Below are positions 1 through 8,404 of a stretch of 64,000 bases of DNA, piece by piece. Location of the stretch: the sequence record NC_070957.1; one strand, written 5' to 3'. The position numbers were made by a program, and so were the translations under genes. Positions within the stretch are counted from its first letter, which is position 1. Each line of letters starts with the position of its first letter. A model generated the notes under the pieces. It had not been told where the DNA came from and did not search any database. It saw only the letters and a list, made by a program, of their open reading frames with translations.

Positions 1-2
1 CT

Positions 3-311
3 GCGATCGAGATCGACTCTCCTGTAGCGATCATCCTGGAAGAAAGCCTGATCGTGGATGACTTCGGGGACGTTCTGAAACTGTTGAGCGAAATCGACAG
101 TGAAGATGCACTCCGGATCGGTTCCGATATCAACAGCGTCCTGGACGTAAGCCACACCATGTACCGGTCCAGTGAGGGTCGTCAGAATGCTCACGTTGGT
201 ATCTGGTTGACCAAACTGAGTAAGACCAAACTCCCTGGTGAGTTCGTCACTTGCTCTGGTTCCAGTGAAGAAGAAGATTTCTTCTGCGACGTAACCGTCT
301 GTATCAACTAA
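3..311 (+). CDS. C-terminal part of a hypothetical protein (5' end outside window)
   Basis: Frame is open from position 3 to the stop at 309-311 and is followed by a hairpin terminator. Confidence 0.75.
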   Translation, partial: AIEIDSPVAIILEESLIVDDFGDVLKLLSEIDSEDALRIGSDINSVLDVSHTMYRSSEGRQNAHVGIWLTKLSKTKLPGEFVTCSGSSEEEDFFCDVTVCIN

Positions 312-314
312 GTG

Positions 315-345
315 AAGCTCTGGGGTCTTCGGATCCCAGAGCTTT
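315..345 (+). terminator. Rho-independent terminator
   Basis: aagctctggggtc-ttcg-gatcccagagctt hairpin just after a stop codon. Confidence 0.8.
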
Positions 346-358
346 AAGTCCCATATCT

Positions 359-382
359 TTTTAATTAGATATCATTAACGTG
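359..382 (+). promoter_or_regulatory. Putative early (virion-RNAP) promoter
   Basis: ttttaattagatatcattaacgtg matches the recurrent TTTCA-N3-NGATATTATTANNGTG motif. Confidence 0.55.
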
Positions 383-421
383 TAGCAATCAGCTATTACA
401 TTTAACTAAAGGAAAGAGACC

Positions 422-1162
422 ATGAAAAAGATTATTATCGCCACACTGTTCTTCGTCCCGTTCTTCGGTAATGCAGCTTCCTTTGACTGTCGCAAAGCGA
501 CCACTGTCATCGAGAAAACAATCTGCGAGGACGAAGTTGTCAGCAAGCTGGATGAAGAAGTCGCAAAAGTTTACAAGGCAGTTCGTCAGGCTAATCCTGG
601 TGATCAAGACATCATCAACCAACAACGTGACTGGATCAAGTCCCGCAACAAAGCCACCAGTGTTGTGGAGCTGGAAGAGAAACACAGGGACCGCCTGGAC
701 GTTCTCAAGATCATGCTGAAAGCCTCCAACGAACCCCAGGCTATGAAGCGTGACAACGCCGGTCCTGTTGCTATGAAGCGTGGCGATGCTCCTGTGAAAA
801 CTCAGGAACAGAAAACCAAGCCGGTTAAGAAAGGCACCATTGCCGAATTGGATGACATGGCCAAGCAGGTTAGTGAGACTGGCTACTATGTTGACCCTAA
901 AGGTATGAAGTTCGATGGTCGCACTCTGGGTGCAGACATCAATGGTTTCCCTGGCTGGTGTGCTCAGCGTGTTAACCACGTCACCGACACCCTGGTTCTG
1001 CAAATGGTGAAGACCGATGAAGAACGCGCGGCATTCGTCAAACACAGTTCCATGTTCCGCATCGTAATGGGTAATATGATGTTGGAGAGTGCCAAGATGA
1101 CTACCGAGAAAATGGGTGTTCCTTTTGATGCCAACAATTTCTGTTTCAATCTGGACGTATAA
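422..1162 (+). CDS. Secreted protein with N-terminal LprI (lysozyme inhibitor, DUF1311-type) domain
   Basis: Signal peptide MKKIIIATLFFVPFFGNA, then ASFDCRKATTVIEKTIC...LDEEVAKVYK...INQQRDWIKSRN, the characteristic LprI signature; AAGGA RBS. Confidence 0.8.
   Translation: MKKIIIATLFFVPFFGNAASFDCRKATTVIEKTICEDEVVSKLDEEVAKVYKAVRQANPGDQDIINQQRDWIKSRNKATSVVELEEKHRDRLDVLKIMLKASNEPQAMKRDNAGPVAMKRGDAPVKTQEQKTKPVKKGTIAELDDMAKQVSETGYYVDPKGMKFDGRTLGADINGFPGWCAQRVNHVTDTLVLQMVKTDEERAAFVKHSSMFRIVMGNMMLESAKMTTEKMGVPFDANNFCFNLDV
740..796 (+). repeat. Imperfect 30-nt in-frame tandem duplication (AMKRDNAGPV / AMKRGDAPV)
   Basis: gctatgaagcgtg is identical at 740-752 and 770-782. Confidence 0.8.
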
Positions 1163-1171
1163 GGAAAGATC

Positions 1172-1561
1172 ATGAAAAAGATTATTCTTGCGTTGTTCTT
1201 TACTTCTTTCTTCGCTGTGGCTGATACCGGTGTCAGTAAGGAAGAGGTTGAAGAGCTGATCGAAGTTGCTTCCGGTCACGTAACCGAAATCGATATCAAC
1301 GGTTTCGCCGTCTCCGGGACTTCTATCAATACCACATCCAACAAAGAGTTGCGTAACTGTGCCCAAGCTTTGGGTTCGCAGTTGATCGCCGACGTCTACC
1401 TCAAGCCAGCCCACGAGTATGGGCTTTACGCGGAACTGACCAACGTCCGTGATGGAGCCAACACCGTTGGTGCAAATATGGTGATCAATCAGCTCCTGGG
1501 GATCTCTGGGTCTGATGAAGTCGCTCTCACTATCTGCAACAAACTTCGGAGCAACATGTAA
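1172..1561 (+). CDS. Secreted hypothetical protein
   Basis: Signal peptide MKKIILALFFTSFFAVA; RBS; 129 aa. Confidence 0.8.
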   Translation: MKKIILALFFTSFFAVADTGVSKEEVEELIEVASGHVTEIDINGFAVSGTSINTTSNKELRNCAQALGSQLIADVYLKPAHEYGLYAELTNVRDGANTVGANMVINQLLGISGSDEVALTICNKLRSNM

Positions 1562-2040
1562 TGTTCAAATATCTGTTTGGTAAAATGCGTCTGGTTGACG
1601 ATCAGGGCGAATCCATGAAGGACGATGTCTTGATGGTCACCAGACGTTGTGACTCCTTCCAACATCGCGACATGGCACAGAGTGGTAAACTCATTCCTTT
1701 CGCCGGTGGGTTCTGCGGTAGCGGCCTGAACCCCGACAACTACTTCCCTGGTCAGTTCAACGGCGAGTCCATCTCTTGCCGGGTCAAGACTGATTCCTTT
1801 ACGGCTGAAGAAGTCAAGAGTGAACTGGAAGAGCACGACATTTATATGTCCGGACTCTCCCCGTGGGAAACCCATAGTAAGAAGGCCAAACTCTATCTGA
1901 CGGCCATCTTTGTTCCGAAGGGAACCCGGCCCGATAAACCCAGGAATCCGGAGATCAAAGGACCTGACTGGGTTCTGAAAACTCCGGAAGAGTTCTGTTC
2001 AGAAATGAAAGAAGTCTTCGACGATCCGTATTACTTCTAA
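1561..2040 (+). CDS. Hypothetical protein
   Basis: TAATG stop/start coupling with the upstream gene; 159 aa. Confidence 0.75.
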   Translation: MFKYLFGKMRLVDDQGESMKDDVLMVTRRCDSFQHRDMAQSGKLIPFAGGFCGSGLNPDNYFPGQFNGESISCRVKTDSFTAEEVKSELEEHDIYMSGLSPWETHSKKAKLYLTAIFVPKGTRPDKPRNPEIKGPDWVLKTPEEFCSEMKEVFDDPYYF

Positions 2041-2049
2041 GGAGCAACC

Positions 2050-2271
2050 ATGCCCATTGTGGAAATCTTTCTTGGTTTGTTGGCTTTACTGTACCTGTTT
2101 ATAGGTTGGGAGATTTTCGCACCTATGGGTTGGTACTTCGGTGAGTCGTTCAAACGGACCTGGTATAACAACGTGTTATACTTTATCGCATTCCCCACTG
2201 CTGTTGTGATGTGGTTGCCGATTCTCGCAGTCATTGTCATTGGTGGGGTGACGTTTAACCGCAAACCGTAA
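2050..2271 (+). CDS. Small membrane protein (2 TM)
   Basis: GGAG RBS; two hydrophobic segments; followed by a terminator. Confidence 0.75.
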   Translation: MPIVEIFLGLLALLYLFIGWEIFAPMGWYFGESFKRTWYNNVLYFIAFPTAVVMWLPILAVIVIGGVTFNRKP

Positions 2272-2275
2272 ATAA

Positions 2276-2307
2276 AGCTAGAGCTACCCGCTTGGGTAGC
2301 TCTAGCT
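2276..2307. terminator. Bidirectional terminator between convergent genes
   Basis: agctagagctaccc-gctt-gggtagctctagct perfect 14-bp stem. Confidence 0.85.
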
Positions 2308-2317
2308 ATTACATTAA

Positions 2318-2932
2318 TTATTTTTTCATTTTTGCCGCAATCACATGTTCGGCATAGAACACGGGAATAACGTAGTTCTGCATGGCGACACAGAGTGGTG
2401 TCACACTTCCTGAGCGCCTCGTAGAGGCGTTTATTGCATTATCTATGGAAACGGTCAGCTTGTCCCAATAAAGGTCGCCAAGGAGTCCCTGGACATCTTT
2501 AATTGACTTCTTACCTGAATTGAGAACAATTGCGTATTCTTTCTTATCGGTAAGATAAAAGATCCCAAAGGAAATAACCTTATCTTCGATCTTCACAATG
2601 AGATCACTCTCTTTGATCTTGGTCGGAGCTATTTCAAAATCACGGAAGATGTCGAGCAGTGTTTGCTTCTCTATCAGCGCGTCGGCATGGAAATACGGAG
2701 CACCGGCCCTTGTCAGGAAACAAGCTCTCATGATTCCGTTCGCAAACGTCTTTACCGGTTCAATCTGTACATTATCGGGAGCTATCCCTAGATAACGCTG
2801 CCGTGCCAGATCTATCTTCTTTTGGTCGCCTTCGAGATGTATTTCATTCAGTCGCTTAGTGACGTAAGCCTTGATGGCGGAGAAGACTGGATCTTTGATG
2901 ATCTTACTCCGCTCTATTTTATCAGTGATCAT
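2318..2932 (-). CDS. Hypothetical protein (204 aa; start moved to the ATG with a GGAG RBS)
   Basis: Long ORF; caggagaacgttatg on the minus strand. Confidence 0.7.
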   Translation of the reverse strand: MITDKIERSKIIKDPVFSAIKAYVTKRLNEIHLEGDQKKIDLARQRYLGIAPDNVQIEPVKTFANGIMRACFLTRAGAPYFHADALIEKQTLLDIFRDFEIAPTKIKESDLIVKIEDKVISFGIFYLTDKKEYAIVLNSGKKSIKDVQGLLGDLYWDKLTVSIDNAINASTRRSGSVTPLCVAMQNYVIPVFYAEHVIAAKMKK

Positions 2933-3032
2933 AACGTTCTCCTGTAACTGGATCAAAAGATCCTTTTAGTAAAATACTAATCTTGTTATCTTAGGAGCGA
3001 ATTCCGCTATTAATTTAAACTTGGAGTAAGGT

Positions 3033-3641
3033 ATGCAGATCAGAAAGCAATTTGATCCCAACAACCTTCCCGAAGATATCAACAGTATCTATGATCAGAG
3101 TCGCTACATTCCGAAACGTAGCGGTGGACCGAACACTCCTAACGAATGGTTTTGGAGTGATCTCCATATTGACCATTTACCAGCGCTTAAGGCGCGTGGT
3201 TGGTTCGGTGCTTTACAAGAGTATCAAGATTACGTTGCATTCATCTGGGACACCCACGTTAAAGATATCGACACCATTCACTTGGTAGGCGATATCGCAT
3301 TAACATGGCAGGGGTTGCGTTGGATCAGCGAGAGGACTGGGAAGAAGATTCTCTATATGGGTAACCATGATACAGAACGCGAGAACTGTATTCGTGACCT
3401 CCTCTCTGTTTACGACGACATCAGGGGATTCTGGAAACACAAGAAAGGTTTCTACATTGGACATTGTCCAAGTCACCCTAGTGAGTTGCGTGGAAGAAGA
3501 ATGATCCATGGTCATACTCATACCAAGGTAATACAAGATCAGCGCTTCATCAATGTTGCTATCGATCTTCTTCCTAACGGTCCTGTTAACATGAAGGACT
3601 TGGTGTCAGGAGATTACCGTAGTTATCGAGACCCGGCATAA
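3033..3641 (+). CDS. Calcineurin-like metallophosphoesterase
   Basis: All five motifs present: SDLHIDH, GD, GNHD, GHCP, HGHTH. Confidence 0.9.
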   Translation: MQIRKQFDPNNLPEDINSIYDQSRYIPKRSGGPNTPNEWFWSDLHIDHLPALKARGWFGALQEYQDYVAFIWDTHVKDIDTIHLVGDIALTWQGLRWISERTGKKILYMGNHDTERENCIRDLLSVYDDIRGFWKHKKGFYIGHCPSHPSELRGRRMIHGHTHTKVIQDQRFINVAIDLLPNGPVNMKDLVSGDYRSYRDPA

Positions 3642-3644
3642 ACT

Positions 3645-3676
3645 AATCCATCACTGCCTTAGGGTGGTGATGGGTT
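3645..3676 (+). terminator. Rho-independent terminator
   Basis: aatccatcactgcc-tta-gggtggtgatgggtt hairpin after the stop. Confidence 0.7.
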
Positions 3677-3689
3677 GATCTCCATATCT

Positions 3690-3713
3690 TTTCAAGTAGA
3701 TATTATCTAAGTG
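3690..3713 (+). promoter_or_regulatory. Putative early promoter
   Basis: tttcaagtagatattatctaagtg motif match. Confidence 0.6.
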
Positions 3714-3745
3714 CATTCATAATCAAAATTGCTAAGGAGCAATAA

Positions 3746-4219
3746 ATGAATCTCTTAAATAAAGCACTCGTCAAAATGTTCATGTTGGCAGGTTGCCGGA
3801 GTCGAATCTGTGGGAGGGATCGTCAAGTCTTCATTCTGAAGAAATGTGTGGTGAAGATACCGGTGATGTCCAATGGCTGGTTTGAATTCGTCCGTGGTTA
3901 TTATTCCAATCTCAAAGAGATGGATAGCATCCGAGGTTACGAAGGTAATTTCCAGGAACATCTTCCAGAAATACTGGGGAGTTATTTATTTGGGTTAGTC
4001 GTCGTTTACAAGAAATATCGTGAGATTATGGATGGTAAAGATGACAACGAAACCGGCGACTTTGCCGAGTACACTAGGTTCCTAGGTAAACTTGATGACA
4101 TCCGGAGAAATGAGAAAAACTCAGAAAAATATATCTGGACTCAAGACACCAAGATCTTTAACTTCGGCTGGGATAAATATGGCCGGGTGGTAGTCATCGA
4201 TCTGGGGACACCTTACTAA
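3746..4219 (+). CDS. Miniature protein-kinase-like fold protein (paralog 1)
   Basis: GRDRQVF (G-loop), VVKIP (Lys), NLKEM (alphaC Glu), DTKIFN (catalytic loop), VIDLG (DFG-like). Confidence 0.7.
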   Translation: MNLLNKALVKMFMLAGCRSRICGRDRQVFILKKCVVKIPVMSNGWFEFVRGYYSNLKEMDSIRGYEGNFQEHLPEILGSYLFGLVVVYKKYREIMDGKDDNETGDFAEYTRFLGKLDDIRRNEKNSEKYIWTQDTKIFNFGWDKYGRVVVIDLGTPY

Positions 4220-4235
4220 CAAAGAGGGAATAATT

Positions 4236-4634
4236 ATGTCTGAAGTAAACATGAGTGAACTTATGAAGAAAGTTCATGAGAAAGGAATGAAAGCGTTTGA
4301 GGAAATGGACCATAAGGAGCGCTGGGCTTTCTGGACCGCAGTTTCCGTCCCTCCTCTCCGTTTTGTTCTTCGTAACGCAATGTCTTGCGAAGATAAGAAG
4401 TTGCGGTATGACCATCGTGACATTTCGTTGGTGCTGGGTTACGTATTGGGAATGTACAAGGTCGCTCCCATCCGTGACCTCATGAACAGTCAATCCATTC
4501 GCCTGGCCATTGTGGTTCTCCTGGACGCAATGACCGAGATGAAAGAAATGGATACGGTCATGGATGACATGGTCAATATCGCGGCCAAAACGATGAACAC
4601 CATCGACAACAAGATACTCTACTATTACCAATAG
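4236..4634 (+). CDS. Hypothetical helical protein
   Basis: GAGGG RBS; 132 aa ORF in the operon. Confidence 0.75.
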   Translation: MSEVNMSELMKKVHEKGMKAFEEMDHKERWAFWTAVSVPPLRFVLRNAMSCEDKKLRYDHRDISLVLGYVLGMYKVAPIRDLMNSQSIRLAIVVLLDAMTEMKEMDTVMDDMVNIAAKTMNTIDNKILYYYQ

Positions 4635-4642
4635 GCGGGTGT

Positions 4643-5032
4643 ATGAAACCTGAAGTCATTGGAACAACTCGCCACGTAAGGTTATTCAAACATTTCGTGG
4701 TAAAGTTTCCTAGGATGACAACGTGGTATGAGAAAGGCTTTAATCTAAGAGTCTTTCTCAATAACCTTTATCTCAATCGTAGAGAGCGCAGATTGGCAAA
4801 GAAGTATAAGGGAGCCGAAGGTATTCCTCATATTTACTTTGCAGACCCATTCGGTTTTGTTGTTGTAATGAAACGTTATAACACTAACCTGAAGACTGAA
4901 CAATTCTGCGCACTTTATAATTCACTACTCGACAGGACTGAAATAGATCCTGAATTTTGGGAAGATGATTCGACTGTCCCTAACTTCGGTTTAACTGAGG
5001 ACGGGAAACTTGTTAAAATTGATTTGGGGTAA
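4643..5032 (+). CDS. Miniature protein-kinase-like fold protein (paralog 2)
   Basis: GTTRHV, VVKFP, NRRERR, FVVVMKRY hinge, DSTVPN, KIDLG at the very C-terminus. Confidence 0.7.
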   Translation: MKPEVIGTTRHVRLFKHFVVKFPRMTTWYEKGFNLRVFLNNLYLNRRERRLAKKYKGAEGIPHIYFADPFGFVVVMKRYNTNLKTEQFCALYNSLLDRTEIDPEFWEDDSTVPNFGLTEDGKLVKIDLG

Positions 5033-5035
5033 CTA

Positions 5036-5392
5036 ATGCAACACTGTACTTTTGATACTGTAGGTGAATTGGTAGGTGTCTTAAATGGTCTCGGGAAACC
5101 CGAAGCCATGGTGGATAGCTTTTATGTCTATGAACGACAGGAAAGAAACTACATCGTGATGGAACAAACTGATGAAGGTGAAACTTCTTTCAACTTTGCT
5201 CCAGTTCGTCACCGTCACCCTTATCAAGGTTATGACGATATTGTAATCTCGTCCTCACTCACAGTGGGTAAGTTTATCGAGATGTTAGAAACTTTCCCGC
5301 TGGATACGCACATCAAGTACATCCGGTTGAAAGGTGCCGACAACATGGTGGCAATGAACGTTGAAGAAGACGGCATTGTAATCCACGATTAA
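5036..5392 (+). CDS. Hypothetical protein with an internal TVG(E/K)xxxxL duplication
   Basis: TVGELVGVLNGL and TVGKFIEMLETFP. Confidence 0.7.
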   Translation: MQHCTFDTVGELVGVLNGLGKPEAMVDSFYVYERQERNYIVMEQTDEGETSFNFAPVRHRHPYQGYDDIVISSSLTVGKFIEMLETFPLDTHIKYIRLKGADNMVAMNVEEDGIVIHD

Positions 5393-5402
5393 GGAAACTG
5401 TC

Positions 5403-5783
5403 ATGAACAATAAACATTACTACATTCCTGAGCCTAAAACCTTAGGAGTATTTGCCCGGGCATTGGAAAATCATCTCATCACCAAACTGGCCCAAGATAC
5501 AATGGGTCATGTCAACTATCCAGCACAAGGTAAGTTTCTGAATCCTGGTGCTTATTCATCCCCAGGACTTAGTGCAATGTCATCCAAGGATGACACTATG
5601 TTCAGGGTGGAAGAAGAGAATGGGTACGATCTCGTATCCAGGTACATGGAGACCATGGATCCAAATTGGGAAGGCGAACCTTATATTCCTCCCTCCACCA
5701 GGACACCCCGTGATCTCCTGGAAATGAAAACCCACGGGGCTTTGAAGCGCAGCTTCCAACCCCCTAAACGTACCAAGTACTAA
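5403..5783 (+). CDS. Hypothetical protein
   Basis: AAGGA RBS; operon context. Confidence 0.7.
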   Translation: MNNKHYYIPEPKTLGVFARALENHLITKLAQDTMGHVNYPAQGKFLNPGAYSSPGLSAMSSKDDTMFRVEEENGYDLVSRYMETMDPNWEGEPYIPPSTRTPRDLLEMKTHGALKRSFQPPKRTKY

Positions 5784-5812
5784 CCCGCCTCGATAATAAT
5801 AAAGGAAATGAA

Positions 5813-6175
5813 ATGTTTGACTTTTCTGGTGTAAAGAAGAAGTTCCGTAAGAGTTTGAAGAAGCGTTACGGCACTATTGTCCCGATGGTTGTTGGTGGTG
5901 ACAAACAGATCTACAACTTCCTGAGTATGTTCGCTGGACCGCAGCATTTCCGGCGTGTTAAGTTCCAGTGGAGACACGAACGGGCACCGTTCTGTTTCCG
6001 ACCGGTACTCGACGGATACCAGTGCGTCAAAACAGGTTTGATCATCCAAGCTGACAATGTGTTAGCAATGACCAATCAATTTGAAACAATGGCCAGGACT
6101 GCCAAGGAAGAAGGGAAGCTCGAAGAGTTGACTAAACGCCGGGTCAGTTACGAGCTCAATCACAAACGTTTTTAA
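5813..6175 (+). CDS. Hypothetical protein
   Basis: AAGGA RBS; operon context. Confidence 0.7.
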   Translation: MFDFSGVKKKFRKSLKKRYGTIVPMVVGGDKQIYNFLSMFAGPQHFRRVKFQWRHERAPFCFRPVLDGYQCVKTGLIIQADNVLAMTNQFETMARTAKEEGKLEELTKRRVSYELNHKRF

Positions 6176-6186
6176 TAGGAATACCC

Positions 6187-6606
6187 ATGAACGCCTATCT
6201 CAAGAGCTGCATCAACGACGTTAAGTTTTCGATGCTGTTAAAACGCAGACTTACCTGGCACTGGATAATGGTTAACATCGTCATACCGGTGCGGTGTTAT
6301 TTCAGAGCCAGGGAAATTGTCTATGTCGACATGGGTGTGTGGTTTACCTATAAAGGAGTAACCATGTGTCCGGTCGAATGGAAACTCCAACCCAAATGGT
6401 TCCCATGGACATTGGGTCCTTCCCACAAAGGTTATCGGGTTCATGGTTACAACAAACCCTTTGAACTCACTAGCGAAGTAGAAGTCATGTTGTATTGCGA
6501 ACAGCTCGCATACCGCAACAGTCGTTTACTTAAATCGGCCAATACACTCACCAAGAAACTTGATGAGATGGTGGCTAATATGGAAAAACAACTTCTCGAA
6601 GGTTAA
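6187..6606 (+). CDS. Hypothetical protein
   Basis: AGGA RBS; operon context. Confidence 0.7.
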   Translation: MNAYLKSCINDVKFSMLLKRRLTWHWIMVNIVIPVRCYFRAREIVYVDMGVWFTYKGVTMCPVEWKLQPKWFPWTLGPSHKGYRVHGYNKPFELTSEVEVMLYCEQLAYRNSRLLKSANTLTKKLDEMVANMEKQLLEG

Positions 6607-6607
6607 C

Positions 6608-7990
6608 ATGACCGACGAACAATATATCAATGAAGAGGTAAGTGAAATGAACCAACATGATAACACGTTCCAGGTTGGACTCCGCCGTCTCCAAATCGCC
6701 ATTTCCGGTGGTTGGGGTGAAAAGGAGCGTCAGATCGCTAAGGCGGCAACAGAGCTCTATATGAAGAACAAGCGCGAGTTCTTGCTCTGCAAAGACCCTG
6801 TTGCGTTAGCAGGAATGATGGGTAATACTGAGCGTTACCCTGAACTCGAGGGACTCCTGGAAACAGGGACTATCGCAACCAATGCAATCCTTCACGCATT
6901 TGTATCCACCACTCAATTTAACTACAAGTATGATGAGTGGGCCGGCGATACCATGGATTACTGGGGTGTCAATCCCGGTACCATCAAGAACAAGTTTGAA
7001 CACTGGTACCTGGAACTCATTCGTCAGCTGATGACTGAGACCTCCAAGGATGATCGCACTGGAACAGGGACTCGTTCCCTGACCACCGCCGTGTACAAAC
7101 ACGATCTTCGTGAATCGTTCCCTCTGCTCCGTAGCCGATTCCTGAAACCGGAGAACCCTGGTAAGGAATACATCTGGATGCTTTCCGGTTCCAACAACGA
7201 AAAGGAACTGGCTGCAATGGGTGTTCCCTTCTGGAGCGAGTTTGCCGATGAGACCGGTGATCTGGGTCCTGTGTACGGTTACCTGTGGCGCTACTGGCCT
7301 AATGGTGACGGCACCACCACCGACCAAATCGAATACGTTCTGGAGACTCTCCGCAAGTCCCCTGAAAGTCGACGTGCTGTGGTCAGTTGTTGGCACCCTG
7401 GGTTGATCCCCGATAGCAAGACTCCGCCCAAGGAAAACTACAAGGTAGGGAAACAAGCACTGACTCCGTGTCACTATGCTTTCCAATTCCTGGCAAGTCC
7501 CATCGGGTTCTGTGAGCGTCTGGCGTGGGCTAAACAACACAAGCCCGAACAGATCGCATTCCTGTATCCCGTGACCGGGTATGACTGGACCGAAAGGACA
7601 GAAGAAGCAATGAATCGGATTGGAGTACCCAAGTACTACCTGGACCTCCAATTCAACATGCGGAGCTCCGATACTGTTCTGGGTCTTCCGGCAAACTTCA
7701 ACTTCTACGGGCACATGTGTCACGCATTCGCCAAAGAGTTGAACATGGTTCCTCGTTTCCTGTCCTACACCGGGACTGACGTCCATTTGTACGTCAACCA
7801 TATCAAGGGTATGAAAGAAGTCTTTGATTGGGTGAAACAAAACAAAGAGAAAGTCTTTGACGAAGTATCCCAAATCAAAATCGTGGGTGAGTTCGAAAAC
7901 CTGTACGACATGAAGCCTGAAAACTTCGAGTACATCAACTACAGCCGTGAGCTGGTCGGTCCGGCCAAACGCTTCCCGGTTGCTGTTTAA
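6608..7990 (+). CDS. thyA: Thymidylate synthase with N-terminal extension
   Basis: DRTGTGT, FPLL, GDLGPVYG, DQI, SRRAVV, LTPCHY (catalytic Cys), RSSD, GLPAN, DVHLYVNH. Confidence 0.95.
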   Translation: MTDEQYINEEVSEMNQHDNTFQVGLRRLQIAISGGWGEKERQIAKAATELYMKNKREFLLCKDPVALAGMMGNTERYPELEGLLETGTIATNAILHAFVSTTQFNYKYDEWAGDTMDYWGVNPGTIKNKFEHWYLELIRQLMTETSKDDRTGTGTRSLTTAVYKHDLRESFPLLRSRFLKPENPGKEYIWMLSGSNNEKELAAMGVPFWSEFADETGDLGPVYGYLWRYWPNGDGTTTDQIEYVLETLRKSPESRRAVVSCWHPGLIPDSKTPPKENYKVGKQALTPCHYAFQFLASPIGFCERLAWAKQHKPEQIAFLYPVTGYDWTERTEEAMNRIGVPKYYLDLQFNMRSSDTVLGLPANFNFYGHMCHAFAKELNMVPRFLSYTGTDVHLYVNHIKGMKEVFDWVKQNKEKVFDEVSQIKIVGEFENLYDMKPENFEYINYSRELVGPAKRFPVAV

Positions 7991-8005
7991 TGGTTGCTTA
8001 ACAAT

Positions 8006-8034
8006 GGTTAGTGCGGGGAATCCCCGCACTAACC
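8006..8034 (+). terminator. Rho-independent terminator
   Basis: ggttagtgcgggg-aat-ccccgcactaacc perfect stem. Confidence 0.8.
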
Positions 8035-8095
8035 TGCTACCATCAATTTCTCTAACAACGTTAACTGGAGAGCAGAAAACTAAAAGGGAATAGTC

Positions 8096-8404
8096 ATGCA
8101 ATTTGTATTAGGTCATTTAGTGCTTAATGGCTCTGTGTTAGTAGGTTACTATCTGATCTTTGTTTTGATCAGTCAAGTATTCAGGGACGATTATCGTCGT
8201 TACCAAGTCAGAAGGATATGCAGGATAATTCTGCTATCTTATTTCTCTTGGTATACCTGGGGCTTAGAAAGTCTGGCAATCGCTAATGATGCACTCGTGC
8301 ATGTTAGAATGACTGCCCTCATTATCGCCATCTGTGCTTTACAAAATGCAGTTGGTTGTTTAATCGCTAAAGAAGAAAGGAAAGCTAGTTATGATTACCG
8401 CTGA
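8096..8404 (+). CDS. Membrane protein (about 3 TM)
   Basis: Hydrophobic segments; AGGG RBS. Confidence 0.7.
   Translation: MQFVLGHLVLNGSVLVGYYLIFVLISQVFRDDYRRYQVRRICRIILLSYFSWYTWGLESLAIANDALVHVRMTALIIAICALQNAVGCLIAKEERKASYDYR

Noticed and set aside
389-1414. Other long antisense ORFs (389-1414, 6806-8101, 14123-14998, 23650-24864, 27481-28701, 47721-48980, 49478-50584)
   Set aside because: All overlap well-supported genes on the opposite strand and lack RBS and motifs
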